A DNA stretch of 64,000 bases from Candidatus Zixiibacteriota bacterium (GTDB taxonomy: Bacteria; Zixibacteria; MSB-5A5; GN15; JACZUZ01). Each line of letters begins with the position of its first letter. Positions within the stretch are counted from its first letter, which is position 1. The stretch covers positions 81,721 through 145,720 of the forward strand of contig JAJRPM010000015.1 in the NCBI GenBank assembly GCA_024280775.1, read 5' to 3'. The translations under genes were made by a program, and so were the position numbers. Below are positions 39,853 through 49,539 of this stretch, piece after piece. The notes beneath the pieces were generated by a model. The model saw only the letters and a program-made list of their open reading frames with translations. It ran no database searches and was not told the DNA's origin.

Positions 39853-39870
39853 AGGTTGCGGGCTTATACT
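39841..39870 (+). promoter_or_regulatory. candidate sigma70 promoter of the SNF transporter, -35 supplied by the last repeat unit
   Basis: TTGACG (39841-39846), 18-nt spacer, TATACT (39865-39870). This leaves a leader of about 150 nt before the ATG at 40030. Confidence 0.5.
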
Positions 39871-40029
39871 CTACGCTAGAGCAAAAAAGGGAATATCCAA
39901 TCGCGAATGCTCGCGCGCAGGATTTCCGGGCAAATGCATCAAGCAGAGGCCATCCTCATATGCTCCAATCGAATGACATCAAGAACTTTAGGCCCTGAGA
40001 ATCTCAGGTGTCGGGAAAAAGGAGAAATA

Positions 40030-41418
40030 ATGTCCAAGGTCAGAGAACATTGGGGATCGAGAATGGGATTCATTTTGGCCGCCGCAGGTAGCGCTATCGG
40101 ACTCGGCAATCTCTGGAAATTCCCGTACATAACCTGGCACAACAACGGCGGCGCATTCGTGCTGGTCTACCTGATTTGTATCCTCGTGGTCGGCTTACCG
40201 ATAATGATGGCCGAAATCCTGATTGGCCGTCGCGCTCAAAAGAGCGCGGTCCCGGCCTTTGAAGAAATCGGCCACAAGAGATGGAGCTGGATAGGAATTG
40301 TCGGTGTCCTAGCGGGCTTCGTTATTCTTGGCTACTACTCTGTAATCGCCGGATGGTCCATTACCACCTTCCTGGATTGCATAGGTTGGAGCCTCAATGG
40401 CTATACCCCGCCACCGGATGGCGCTTTTGGGGCGTTCGTCTCTGATGGTAGTACTCAACTCGGTCTCTCGGCAATATTCTCGGTGGCTACACTCGGTGTC
40501 GTATGGTTTGGTATCAGCGGCGGAATCGAAAAAGTCACGAAGTTTCTGATGCCGACGCTTTTTCTGATTCTCATATACTTTGTCATCTCTAGTTTTTCAA
40601 TGTCGGGGTTCAGCGATGCAATGGCTTTTCTCTTTGAGCCGAATTTTAGTGAATTACCCGCCACAGGAATACTTGAGGCCCTCGGCCATGCCTTCTTCAC
40701 ACTTTCGCTGGGAATGGGGCTTATGATAACCTACGGGTCATATCTGACCAAAGACATGTCGGTAACCAGAGTATCAGCGATGGTAGTCATCATGGACACC
40801 GTAGTGGCCCTGCTGGCATGTGTGATTATGTTCACCATCATCTACTCTACTCCCGGTCTATCAGAACAAATCGGCAAATCAACTGTCGGCATGCTCTTTG
40901 TCACACTTCCAAACCTGTTCTATAGCGGCGCTATGCCCGGTGGGACAATTCTCGGCCCATTATTCTATCTATTGGTGGCCTTTGCGGCATTGACCTCCAC
41001 TATCTCACTGTTGGAAGTGATGGTGTCATATTTCATCGACGCCCGCGGCTGGACACGCGCCAAGTCCTCATTGGTTTGCGCCAGCGGCACATTCGTCAAC
41101 ACTATCTTCTGCGCACTGTCACTAGGGGCGGTAGGATTGCTGTCATCATTTACCTGGGTAAGCGGTAAATCAGGTGTGCTTGACCATTTGGACTATCTGG
41201 CGTCGAATTGGATGCTACCAATCGGCGGTTTCGGCATAGCGCTTTTCGCAGGTTGGGTACTCGACAAAAAAGTCTCTATCGAAGAATTAGGCATGGTGGA
41301 TAGCTCAGGAGCGCCTAATATGCAGTACAAAATCTGGCGCATATTCATTCGCTTTGTCGCGCCAGTTGCTATCGCCGCAGTAATCATAGCGGTGATGCTC
41401 GGTAAAGATTTCAGTTGA
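40030..41418 (+). CDS. sodium-dependent transporter, neurotransmitter:sodium symporter (SNF/NSS) family
   Basis: WGSRMGFILAAAGSAIGLGNLWKFPY signature at the N-terminus and 11-12 TM helices. AAGGAG SD 7 nt before the ATG at 40030. The upstream in-frame extension from 39907 is unlikely. Confidence 0.9.
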   Translation: MSKVREHWGSRMGFILAAAGSAIGLGNLWKFPYITWHNNGGAFVLVYLICILVVGLPIMMAEILIGRRAQKSAVPAFEEIGHKRWSWIGIVGVLAGFVILGYYSVIAGWSITTFLDCIGWSLNGYTPPPDGAFGAFVSDGSTQLGLSAIFSVATLGVVWFGISGGIEKVTKFLMPTLFLILIYFVISSFSMSGFSDAMAFLFEPNFSELPATGILEALGHAFFTLSLGMGLMITYGSYLTKDMSVTRVSAMVVIMDTVVALLACVIMFTIIYSTPGLSEQIGKSTVGMLFVTLPNLFYSGAMPGGTILGPLFYLLVAFAALTSTISLLEVMVSYFIDARGWTRAKSSLVCASGTFVNTIFCALSLGAVGLLSSFTWVSGKSGVLDHLDYLASNWMLPIGGFGIALFAGWVLDKKVSIEELGMVDSSGAPNMQYKIWRIFIRFVAPVAIAAVIIAVMLGKDFS

Positions 41419-41474
41419 TGGGTGAGCGCTCGCTCGGAAGTTAGTGAGCGAGTGAAAAGAATCTAGTGTCGCTA

Positions 41475-42941
41475 CTAGTACAAGTTGTAACGCGCGATTC
41501 TATCTCGCAGAGTGTTGCGAGATATTCCGAGAGCCTCAGAGGTCTTGACCTGGTTAGAGCCATAGAGTTTTAGCGCTGAGGAAATCAAGGCCCGCTCCAT
41601 AGCTGAGTGCACCGAGTTATAAATATTGCCCTCATTGCTGGCTGCCAGTTTCGGCATCAGCGGCTCAATAATTTTTTGGAAAAACTCGATTTGGTCAGCT
41701 TCAAAAACTTCCGGGTCCTGTTCCAGAGCTACTGCGCCCTCGGTGCTAATCGGTAAATCCTCGCAACGAATCTCATCGCCTTTGGCCATCACTAAAGCTG
41801 TATGAATGTTATTCTCCAGCTCTCGCACATTCCCGGGCCAGTTGTAGTTTTCCAAAATCTGTTGCGCCTCGGGTTCGATTGTCGGAACCGGACGATTCAT
41901 TTCGAGCGCAAATTTCTTGAGGAAATATTCTGTCAGTAGCGGTACATCCCCTTTGCGATCACGAAGCGGTGGCATATAGATAGAAACAATCTTCAGACGA
42001 TAAAACAGATCAACTCTAAAGGCCCCTTCTTTCATCGCATGGACCAATGACTTGCTGGTAGCGGCAATGATTCGGGCGTCAGATGTCATTTTTTCAGCGC
42101 CACCCACTCGCTCAAAACTCGACTGCTCAATCGAGCGCAATAGTTTCGCCTGCAACATCAATGACAGATCAGCAACTTCATCAAAGAACAATGTTCCGTG
42201 GTCGGCCTGCTCAAGCTTTCCGAGACGCTTATAGTAAGCGCCGGTAAAAGCGCCTTTCTCATGTCCAAAGATTTCTGATTCAAGAAGGGTATCAGCCAAT
42301 GAAGAGCAATTGGCTGTTAGAAACGGGGCAACTCTACGAGAGGAATTTCGATGAATCGCGCGCGCTATTAGTTCCTTGCCTGTCCCCGGCTCACCAAAAA
42401 TCAAAGTTGGCGCATCGGTACGGGCAATATGCCCCACAAGCTTGGCGATCTCTACAATCTCAGGAGAGCGTCCGATAATTTCATCGAACTCCGAAACCTC
42501 GTTCTGTCTTTTCTCTGATACTTCCGCCGGTGACGCTGACCGTTGTGAAGTGATAACAGTTGCGCTCTCTTCTTTGCGCATGACACCACAAGCGCGATTG
42601 ACCGCGCCAATTAGGCGATCAATTTCGAAAGGCTTAGTTAAATACTCAAAAGCGCCTTCACGCATTGCTTCGATTGCGTTCTCAGTTGAAACATCACCGG
42701 AGATTATGATAATTGGAAGCTTGTCGTGGTCTTTGTGGATACGCTTGAGTAGGTCCAAACCAGACATCGAAGGCAAATTGACATCCAGCATCAAGACATC
42801 GACGTTCTTGCGAGCCTTGAGAACAGACTCAACACTGGGACCATCTTCTATGTGGGTAAACTGGAACTTGCCACTATCGAAAAGGCCCATTATCGAACGG
42901 GACACTTCACGATCATCATCAACAAGAAGAATGTTTTTCAT
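41475..42941 (-). CDS. sigma54-dependent response regulator (NtrC family: receiver + AAA+ + Fis-type HTH)
   Basis: Receiver domain (ILLVDDD...MLDVNLP), Walker A GEPGTGKE, GAFTGA loop (EKGAFTGA) and C-terminal HTH (SEALGISRNTLRDRI). No histidine kinase is adjacent. Confidence 0.92.
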   Translation of the reverse strand: MKNILLVDDDREVSRSIMGLFDSGKFQFTHIEDGPSVESVLKARKNVDVLMLDVNLPSMSGLDLLKRIHKDHDKLPIIIISGDVSTENAIEAMREGAFEYLTKPFEIDRLIGAVNRACGVMRKEESATVITSQRSASPAEVSEKRQNEVSEFDEIIGRSPEIVEIAKLVGHIARTDAPTLIFGEPGTGKELIARAIHRNSSRRVAPFLTANCSSLADTLLESEIFGHEKGAFTGAYYKRLGKLEQADHGTLFFDEVADLSLMLQAKLLRSIEQSSFERVGGAEKMTSDARIIAATSKSLVHAMKEGAFRVDLFYRLKIVSIYMPPLRDRKGDVPLLTEYFLKKFALEMNRPVPTIEPEAQQILENYNWPGNVRELENNIHTALVMAKGDEIRCEDLPISTEGAVALEQDPEVFEADQIEFFQKIIEPLMPKLAASNEGNIYNSVHSAMERALISSALKLYGSNQVKTSEALGISRNTLRDRIARYNLY

Positions 42942-43330
42942 CTGAACCAATACCACGCCTTGTAATAGCGATCCAACATAGTCAATTCGATTCCCTTCGC
43001 AATTAGACTGTATTCGAATGCCAATGAACGAGTAACTTACTTCATCTCTCTACACTCTCCTATCGGCCCAAGAGCCTCTAACTATTAGCGCCACGCCCAC
43101 TGTTATTCTCTGATATTCGCAGTAATTCTTCTTTTATTCGACAGTGACATCCTCTCAATCAAATAGTGACGCTCAAGCATCAAAGTTTGTTCCGCAATGA
43201 ATCAGAACATCAGCAAAAAAACCGATGTGTCGAGACGAAACACTCACTTGGTTAGCGATGGATTAGATTATGTGACAAGGGTGTCACAATCAGACAGGTA
43301 AAGAAAAATACAATACGCAACAGGAAAGCT

Positions 43331-44230
43331 TCAGGAACTTTCCTCAAGAATCAACTTTGCTGTAGCGCCTGCATAGAGGAAGTTTACAATGAAATTACCG
43401 GCAACCAGACCTAGTAACAAGAAGATTGTGAATTCAGGTTGCAGTTTAGAAGCAAAACCAGAGGAGGGCGAAACAGCCCACGTCAGCGGATAAACAAAAA
43501 TGAAGGATGGAAGCAATACCAAAGACAGCGCTGTAATCGGGTACCTTTTGAATAGACCCCAGGAGCGACTTAGCGCTTCAATCAGCGACGGCAAACGGCG
43601 CTCTGCATCTGTTCCTATCCCGAAAAGTGGAAACACATATACAAATGGAGTAATAATAATGTTTGTCAGAGTGAACAATGCAAGATCCATAGCCTGTGCG
43701 CGACGAGGAGATCCGTTGAGCCATGGGCCGAGCATAGAAGTCACTGAGTATGCGGCGGCGCTTATCAAAAGATAGATAAGGAACCAAATCAATACAATCT
43801 TCATCCAAGCGCCAAAACCAAATTGCGGCAAGACTACATGTCTGTCACTTAAGGGGCCTGAATTCAAGAGTCGATTGGCGAAGGCCCTTGCGGTTAGAGC
43901 AATGGCTACACCCTCCAGTAGCAAGGCAACAGGTAGCTTGGTCCACTCAAACTGGCCTGCTAACAATCGAAAATGCGCTGGGTAATGAGAAAACTGAGAG
44001 GAAAAATCAGGGCTAATTCCTAACTGCGCAGTGAATTTGCCCATAGCCTGCAAATAAGGATTAAGAATCGCGTATAGCGCCGGTTCGGTATAGTATGACA
44101 GCCCAAGTAGAACAACAGCTGTCATGCCCGAGAAAATAAGCAACGGCCACCAAACACCAATCGAAAAAACATGCCTTAGCGCAAACTGAAACAGGCCGGT
44201 GAATCTGTTTAGTGAACGTAAGAATGGCAT
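43331..44230 (-). CDS. polytopic membrane protein (hypothetical)
   Basis: Six to eight hydrophobic helices. No family recognised. Confidence 0.5.
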   Translation of the reverse strand: MPFLRSLNRFTGLFQFALRHVFSIGVWWPLLIFSGMTAVVLLGLSYYTEPALYAILNPYLQAMGKFTAQLGISPDFSSQFSHYPAHFRLLAGQFEWTKLPVALLLEGVAIALTARAFANRLLNSGPLSDRHVVLPQFGFGAWMKIVLIWFLIYLLISAAAYSVTSMLGPWLNGSPRRAQAMDLALFTLTNIIITPFVYVFPLFGIGTDAERRLPSLIEALSRSWGLFKRYPITALSLVLLPSFIFVYPLTWAVSPSSGFASKLQPEFTIFLLLGLVAGNFIVNFLYAGATAKLILEESS

Positions 44231-44265
44231 TTCAACTCTACAATCTAATCATCGATAAGAAGGAA

Positions 44266-45819
44266 TCACGGTGATATTTGAACACTATCAGATTTGGCGC
44301 TCAGTCCCTGCTTATCAAAAACAACCACCCAATAGTATCGAGTGGAAGTTATCGCAGGAGCTTGGTAATTTGTGACGTTCTGTGAGTTTAACACTGAGAT
44401 TCTACTGGAAAAATTGAATGAAGCTGAGGCGCCGCTATAGACCTGATAGGAATCAAAATCACTCTCACCACTAACAGTCCATGAGAGCATCACTCCGGTA
44501 GTGTCATTGGTTCCACTTAGTGAGACAGCGCTCGGAGCGACATTAACTAAGGTTTTCGCAGAAACAGTATTCGAAGGCGCAGATAGATTTGTTACATCAT
44601 AGACAAATAACCTATAATAGTAAGTTTGATTATCTGAAAGATTGTCATCAGTAAAGACAGTTGTATTCACCGAAGTAACAGTAGTGACCAATTCATCGTT
44701 TTCGCTAACTGAAGAGCTTGTGCTTCTAAATAATCTATAGCTGGAAAAGTCTGCAATCGACGACCGGGTCCACTCGACTCGAATCTCTGACTGAGAAAGA
44801 GTCAAAGCTGAAACGGTAACTGGTGAGGGCGGATTCGCAATCGAAATGAGATCCGGATCCACAACTGAAAGCGCGTTATTTCCGGCGGCATCGGCAAAAT
44901 TACCTAGAATCTGTTGATTGTTAACCTCAACTGTTCCCTGCAATAGAAACTGCCTGGTGTACACGCCGTCATCGGCCAAAGTATCCGAGCTAAGGCCGTC
45001 ATCAAAGAGCGTCAATGTCTGCGCTCCAAACGAAACGCTTGCAGTACCGCCAGTCTCCCCGCCGTCAAGTACAAAGGTGACAGTATCGCCGGAGGTGAAA
45101 GTGAGTCCTGCTGGAGTATGGCTCAAAGAGGAAATCGCGGCGCGTGTATCCAGTATGATGCTATCTTGCAGAATCCGTTCAAGTGACGAGCCATCGGCCA
45201 ACTGAAATTGTGCATAGACAAACTTTGTTCCATCGCCCGAGCTAAGGGTAAAATTCTTCAGTCCCGAAAACCCCTCCCACGATGCGTTGGCAAAAGTAGA
45301 GTCTTCGGATAGTCGTACAGCAGTAGCTCCCGCCGGTGTGAAGAAAGTAACGCTAACTGAAGGACTGTTGGTAAACTCTGCGCCATTACGAATCGACATC
45401 GAAAACAACCCGACAACTGCGGTAGAGGATGCGGACTTCTCACCCTCAAAACCCGCTAAGCTCACAGAGGCAACCTGCACTGAATAGGCGCGTCCATTTA
45501 TTAGTCCGGTTAATGTATCCAGCCTGTCCGGGCTAAAACCGGTCAGCACAAAATCTCCAGTCGGACCGCTATCCGAAAGATAAAGCCGATAGCCACTAAC
45601 CACTGATGTATCAGAGACGGTCCAAGTAACAATGATGCCATTGTCAATCAAGGAGAGTCTGACCGAAGTCGGAACAGGCGGTGACGCCGGAATAGGATCT
45701 GTAGGTGTCTTGCTATCAAATGTCCTGGAACATGACGCAAGCGCCAATAAGCTGACACCGACAATCAATACCCGGGAAATGTTTTTGAATCCTCGAATCA
45801 CTTCACAACTCCGCTTCAT
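44266..45819 (-). CDS. lipoprotein with repeated fibronectin-III/Ig-like domains
   Basis: Lipobox LALAS|C. Three FN3-like units with W..S.....GY.LY/YRLF patterns. S/T-rich beta-sandwich sequence throughout. Confidence 0.6.
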   Translation of the reverse strand: MKRSCEVIRGFKNISRVLIVGVSLLALASCSRTFDSKTPTDPIPASPPVPTSVRLSLIDNGIIVTWTVSDTSVVSGYRLYLSDSGPTGDFVLTGFSPDRLDTLTGLINGRAYSVQVASVSLAGFEGEKSASSTAVVGLFSMSIRNGAEFTNSPSVSVTFFTPAGATAVRLSEDSTFANASWEGFSGLKNFTLSSGDGTKFVYAQFQLADGSSLERILQDSIILDTRAAISSLSHTPAGLTFTSGDTVTFVLDGGETGGTASVSFGAQTLTLFDDGLSSDTLADDGVYTRQFLLQGTVEVNNQQILGNFADAAGNNALSVVDPDLISIANPPSPVTVSALTLSQSEIRVEWTRSSIADFSSYRLFRSTSSSVSENDELVTTVTSVNTTVFTDDNLSDNQTYYYRLFVYDVTNLSAPSNTVSAKTLVNVAPSAVSLSGTNDTTGVMLSWTVSGESDFDSYQVYSGASASFNFSSRISVLNSQNVTNYQAPAITSTRYYWVVVFDKQGLSAKSDSVQISP

Positions 45820-45840
45820 TTATTGTTCAAACCGATTCAA

Positions 45841-46692
45841 TCAAAAACCAGCGCTGATTTTTATTCCGGCGTAACCGCCAATCAAGTCGCCTTCCGGCTT
45901 TATCGATATATTCTTAACAGTTATTGGACCCTCGACTTCCGGAAAAAAGAAAAGCGCATCGAGAAAACTGATTGTCCATACTGCAATTGCTCCGCCAAAT
46001 GCCGCGCGACGCAATGACTCTGCGTCATGCGCATCAGTCTGCGCAACATTTAGCTGCGCACGCAAATCTGGGAGATTTGCTGATGACCCGGCCTGAATTG
46101 CATTTTGATAGGTTGCATTTATGTTGTCGAAATTGTCTCTCTTATCCTGATAGTCGATTTCGGCCAATGCCACAGTGGCTCCGGCAGTTAAGGCAAATAC
46201 TGTCAGCACCGCACCCTTAGTTTTTTGGCTGGCGTAGAACTGCCCCCAACCCGGCCAAAGCAGTGAACGAATAGCCGCCTTGCCACGAGTCTTGGCGTCA
46301 AGCCTGACATCCACTTGCTCTACCCTATCGCCGCTTATCTGTACTTTGGTCTTATAGGTCTCGTAGCCAGTCTTGGAAACTCGTAATTCGTAGATACCCG
46401 GGATTCCCTGCGAGAAAAACACCGGCGAAAGACCGGCAAGGCTGGCTACACCTTTCAGTTCTACCAAAGCGCCCTGCGGATTACTTATTACCGTCAATCC
46501 CGGGACTGCTTCAGTCCCAGCGCTTCCGCTGTTTCCGGCGCCTTGAGCAGAGGCCAAACTAGCGCCTAGGGTACCCTGACTAAGGAACACCACCAGCAAG
46601 ATAAAAAACAAGAAGCCAGCTCTGTTGCGACTGGTGATTGATTTGGAGAGTCTTACTTGTGAGGTGAATCCGAATTCCATTCGTACCTTCAT
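45841..46692 (-). CDS. PEGA-domain envelope protein with PGWGQ membrane segment
   Basis: PEGA-like unit (TVISNPQGALVELKG...YELRVSKTGYETYKTKV), then LLWPGWGQFYA plus TM, a helical region, a second TM and terminal ISAGF. Confidence 0.55.
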   Translation of the reverse strand: MKVRMEFGFTSQVRLSKSITSRNRAGFLFFILLVVFLSQGTLGASLASAQGAGNSGSAGTEAVPGLTVISNPQGALVELKGVASLAGLSPVFFSQGIPGIYELRVSKTGYETYKTKVQISGDRVEQVDVRLDAKTRGKAAIRSLLWPGWGQFYASQKTKGAVLTVFALTAGATVALAEIDYQDKRDNFDNINATYQNAIQAGSSANLPDLRAQLNVAQTDAHDAESLRRAAFGGAIAVWTISFLDALFFFPEVEGPITVKNISIKPEGDLIGGYAGIKISAGF

Positions 46693-47082
46693 TCCCTATT
46701 GAATCTACTCACGGCTACTATACTCGATGCGATTCGGCTGAATAGGCCCTAGGCATAGCTCGTGCGTTAGATTTGTATCGATTTCCCAAGACGCGACATC
46801 GCGAGTCTTTTAATACTTGAATCCTGCAATAGTATTCTTCCGAGCTTTCTCTCTCATCCAGTGAAAAAGTAGGCTCGCCTATTACTCTGTAACAGTAATC
46901 AGGCCAGTCGATAAACGCAAGTAAGAAAGACTCCCCTGAATAGCCTCACAGAAATAAAATCACATGAAGAATTCATATAAAAATCTCTGTCCCTCAAAGC
47001 CAAAACGAGGACCTACTTTGCAACTCATGATTCTAGTTGGGATTGGTTACAGAGGGCTGTCGCCCAAAATGAAAGACAGATC

Positions 47083-48060
47083 CTAATTGGCGCCTTTGCC
47101 GGTCAACACAACTTTGATAGTGCGCAACAGAATTCTAAAATCCGAAAGCAATGACCAGCTATCAATATAACGCAAGTCGGTTTTGATCTTGTTGACCACA
47201 GAATTCACCGAGACATCATAGCCATTCTCGACCTGCGCCAAACCTGTAATGCCGGGCTTGACAGCCAGGCGCTTACGGTAATTCGGCACTTCTTCGGCCA
47301 AACTCATCACAAAAACCGGTCTCTCAGGACGTGGCCCCACTAAAGACATTTCACCGCGCAAGACATTGAACAGCTGAGGCACCTCATCAAGACGGCAAAT
47401 TCGCAAGAAAGAGCCGAACTTAGTAATTCTAGGGTCTCCTTTAGTCGCCCAAACCGGACCACTATTCTTCTCGGCATCCACAACCATAGTACGGAACTTG
47501 ATAACTTTGAAAGGCCGACCTAGCACATCCTCGCGACGACGCTCCCGGCGACGATTAGAGCTATCGACGGCAACATTGTAGGCGCGTCGAGCTCCGGCGC
47601 GTCTGTTTCGGCCTACTCGCACCTGAGTATAAAAAACCGGACCGCGACTATTTAGCTTAATCAGTATCGGGATAATAATAAACAGCGGAATGGCCAGAAC
47701 AATCCCGACAATACTACCGACAATATCTAAAGCTCGCTTGATAACTCTTTGAATCCAGAGACGAATATCAGAGGTTGAAGCGATTGAACGCGGAATTACG
47801 AAAGTGTATGCATGAGTTACAAACAGGAACAAAGGCCCAAGAACAAACTCGCTAAGGAACCATGCAACTGGAGAATTGTACTTCTTAGCGTCAGTGGATC
47901 TAGCAGGAGCGTGATAAACTCCAACTTCCATCGACACATCGTTAGCCGTTAGCGGGAATGACGCAGAGTCGTTCCCGGCGCGCGCATCGCTAACTTGACC
48001 CTTGCTGGCCTGATCTGCGCGCATATACATTTTTCGTGCGTTATTATTCCTGCTATCCAT
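47083..48060 (-). CDS. polyprenyl-phosphate glycosyl-1-phosphate transferase (bacterial sugar transferase family)
   Basis: KRALDIVGS..LAIPLFIIIPILIKL..GPVFY, KFRTM, DPRITKFG..LR...LDE(V)PQL.NVL.GEMSLVGPRP motifs. Carries an Arg-rich insertion before KFRTM. Confidence 0.88.
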   Translation of the reverse strand: MDSRNNNARKMYMRADQASKGQVSDARAGNDSASFPLTANDVSMEVGVYHAPARSTDAKKYNSPVAWFLSEFVLGPLFLFVTHAYTFVIPRSIASTSDIRLWIQRVIKRALDIVGSIVGIVLAIPLFIIIPILIKLNSRGPVFYTQVRVGRNRRAGARRAYNVAVDSSNRRRERRREDVLGRPFKVIKFRTMVVDAEKNSGPVWATKGDPRITKFGSFLRICRLDEVPQLFNVLRGEMSLVGPRPERPVFVMSLAEEVPNYRKRLAVKPGITGLAQVENGYDVSVNSVVNKIKTDLRYIDSWSLLSDFRILLRTIKVVLTGKGAN

Positions 48061-48191
48061 TTACTTTCCTTAGAATCAACTGCCTGTGAGGCGTCGCCTG
48101 ATGAACTCCATCCCGTGTTGTCTTTGCTACCCTAAACGTCATCGTTTCTCTGTCCTGCCTCTAAAAGCGCCAGAACACTACACCCTACTTA

Positions 48192-48207
48192 AGCAATAGC
48201 TTTGCCA
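48192..48207 (-). promoter_or_regulatory. candidate sigma54 (-24/-12) promoter upstream of the sugar transferase gene
   Basis: The minus strand reads CTGGCAAAGCTATTGCTT, that is TGGCA-N6-TTGC with the canonical GG-to-GC spacing. The only core mismatch is C to A at position 6. It lies about 130 nt upstream of the ATG at 48060. Confidence 0.55.
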
Positions 48208-48364
48208 GTATTTTTTCTTGAGCATATACGTCCTCCGGCATGTCTAAAAGAACAACCCGAGGGGTAGCCATGCATAAGTCTATGCTAGAATAAGCATATA
48301 GTCAAGACTTTTCGACCTGCGTAGGGATATTTGTGGTCGAATATGACCAGTTTCTTTCTTCCAA

Positions 48365-48392
48365 CAAAAAATGAGCGAAAAAGTTCGCTCAT
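48365..48392 (-). terminator. intrinsic terminator after the PorV-like gene
   Basis: On the minus strand, ATGAGCGAA-cttt-TTCGCTCAT (9-bp perfect stem) is followed by TTTTTGTTGG. It lies about 90 nt after the stop at 48479. Confidence 0.8.
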
Positions 48393-48478
48393 TGTCTGCA
48401 ACACATTGCATACTAGACTGTTAGACTCGGTAAGTAAATATGGACTACGACGGCGGATTCTGCCCTATCCGCCTCAGA

Positions 48479-49495
48479 CTACTTGCCGAACCTCACAGAA
48501 AAGGAGAACCTGTGTATAGCCTCAGAGTTGAGATTCTCCGCCGGTGAAAATGCATAGTCGATTTGATAATTGTCTAGTTTTATCCCCGCGCCAAATGCCG
48601 CACCCGAGCCGAAATCCCTCTCGCCCTGAGATGGAAAGAAGCTGTAACCGCCACGAAGGAAATATGTCCCGGAGAAGCTATACTCTAGCCCACTGCGAAC
48701 AATCATCTCGCCGTCAAATGGAATCTCCACATCAACGGCCCCGACAGTAGCGCTTCCGAAAGGACTAGCCGCTACTCCTAGTCGAGCTGATGCGGGCAAA
48801 TTGTCACCTTGTTGAATGAAAGTCATCTTCTGGCCAATATTGTTCAAAGTGGCTCCAAATCGCATATAACCTGAGGTAAACAAAGCTCCGGCGTCAAATG
48901 CGATAGCCGAGGCGGAGACACTTTCGCCAAGCGACTGCCTGATGATTTTTGCCGAAGCGCCAACGCCAATATTGTCTGCAACCTGAAGGCCAAAAGAGAC
49001 CGAGCCTGCGAAGTCATATACACTGAGATCACCAGTGACTATGTTAGACTCGGAATAACCAGTGATAGAACCGTAGTTGACATAGGTGAAATTGCCACCC
49101 ACCACCAATTGATCATTGACCGGTGTCACAACCCCGATATTCTCTATATTTACATCTTGTAGCCATGAGAAATGTGATAACATGACCTGTGATTGCGTTT
49201 GCCCCGCCAGACCCGCCGGGTTCCATCGCGCCGCTGAACCGTTATTGGCAATCGCCGTATAGGCCCCGCCAAAGCCAGAGCTTTGAGCATCTGTGCCAAC
49301 CTTCAGAAAGCTTGCGGCAGTCGCCCCGCCACTGTACTGAGCGTAGGCCTCACCTGGTAAAGAGATAAGCGACACGAGAGCCAACCCAAGGGTAAGAGCT
49401 AATGGCATAGCAACTCGCAAACCTGCGCGGTAGAAGCCGCCTGCCTGCACTGTCTCACATCTAATCTGTGCTATCGTAGCTGTACTGGTCTTCAT
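48479..49495 (-). CDS. PorV/PorQ-like outer-membrane beta-barrel protein
   Basis: Signal peptide (..GEAYA|QY). N-terminal block ASFLKVGTDAQSSGFGGAYTAIANNGSAARWNPAGLA typical of PorV/PorQ-type barrels. Terminal SFSVRFGK. Confidence 0.65.
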   Translation of the reverse strand: MKTSTATIAQIRCETVQAGGFYRAGLRVAMPLALTLGLALVSLISLPGEAYAQYSGGATAASFLKVGTDAQSSGFGGAYTAIANNGSAARWNPAGLAGQTQSQVMLSHFSWLQDVNIENIGVVTPVNDQLVVGGNFTYVNYGSITGYSESNIVTGDLSVYDFAGSVSFGLQVADNIGVGASAKIIRQSLGESVSASAIAFDAGALFTSGYMRFGATLNNIGQKMTFIQQGDNLPASARLGVAASPFGSATVGAVDVEIPFDGEMIVRSGLEYSFSGTYFLRGGYSFFPSQGERDFGSGAAFGAGIKLDNYQIDYAFSPAENLNSEAIHRFSFSVRFGK

Positions 49496-49539
49496 ATTTA
49501 TTCATTGCTCCCGTTTTAGAGTCCTTCCATTACCATGTT

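Noticed and set aside
39907-40029. 41-codon upstream extension of the SNF transporter ORF
   Set aside because: The ATG at 40030 has an AAGGAG SD and gives the canonical N-terminus. The extension has no SD and would start downstream of the predicted promoter in leader RNA.
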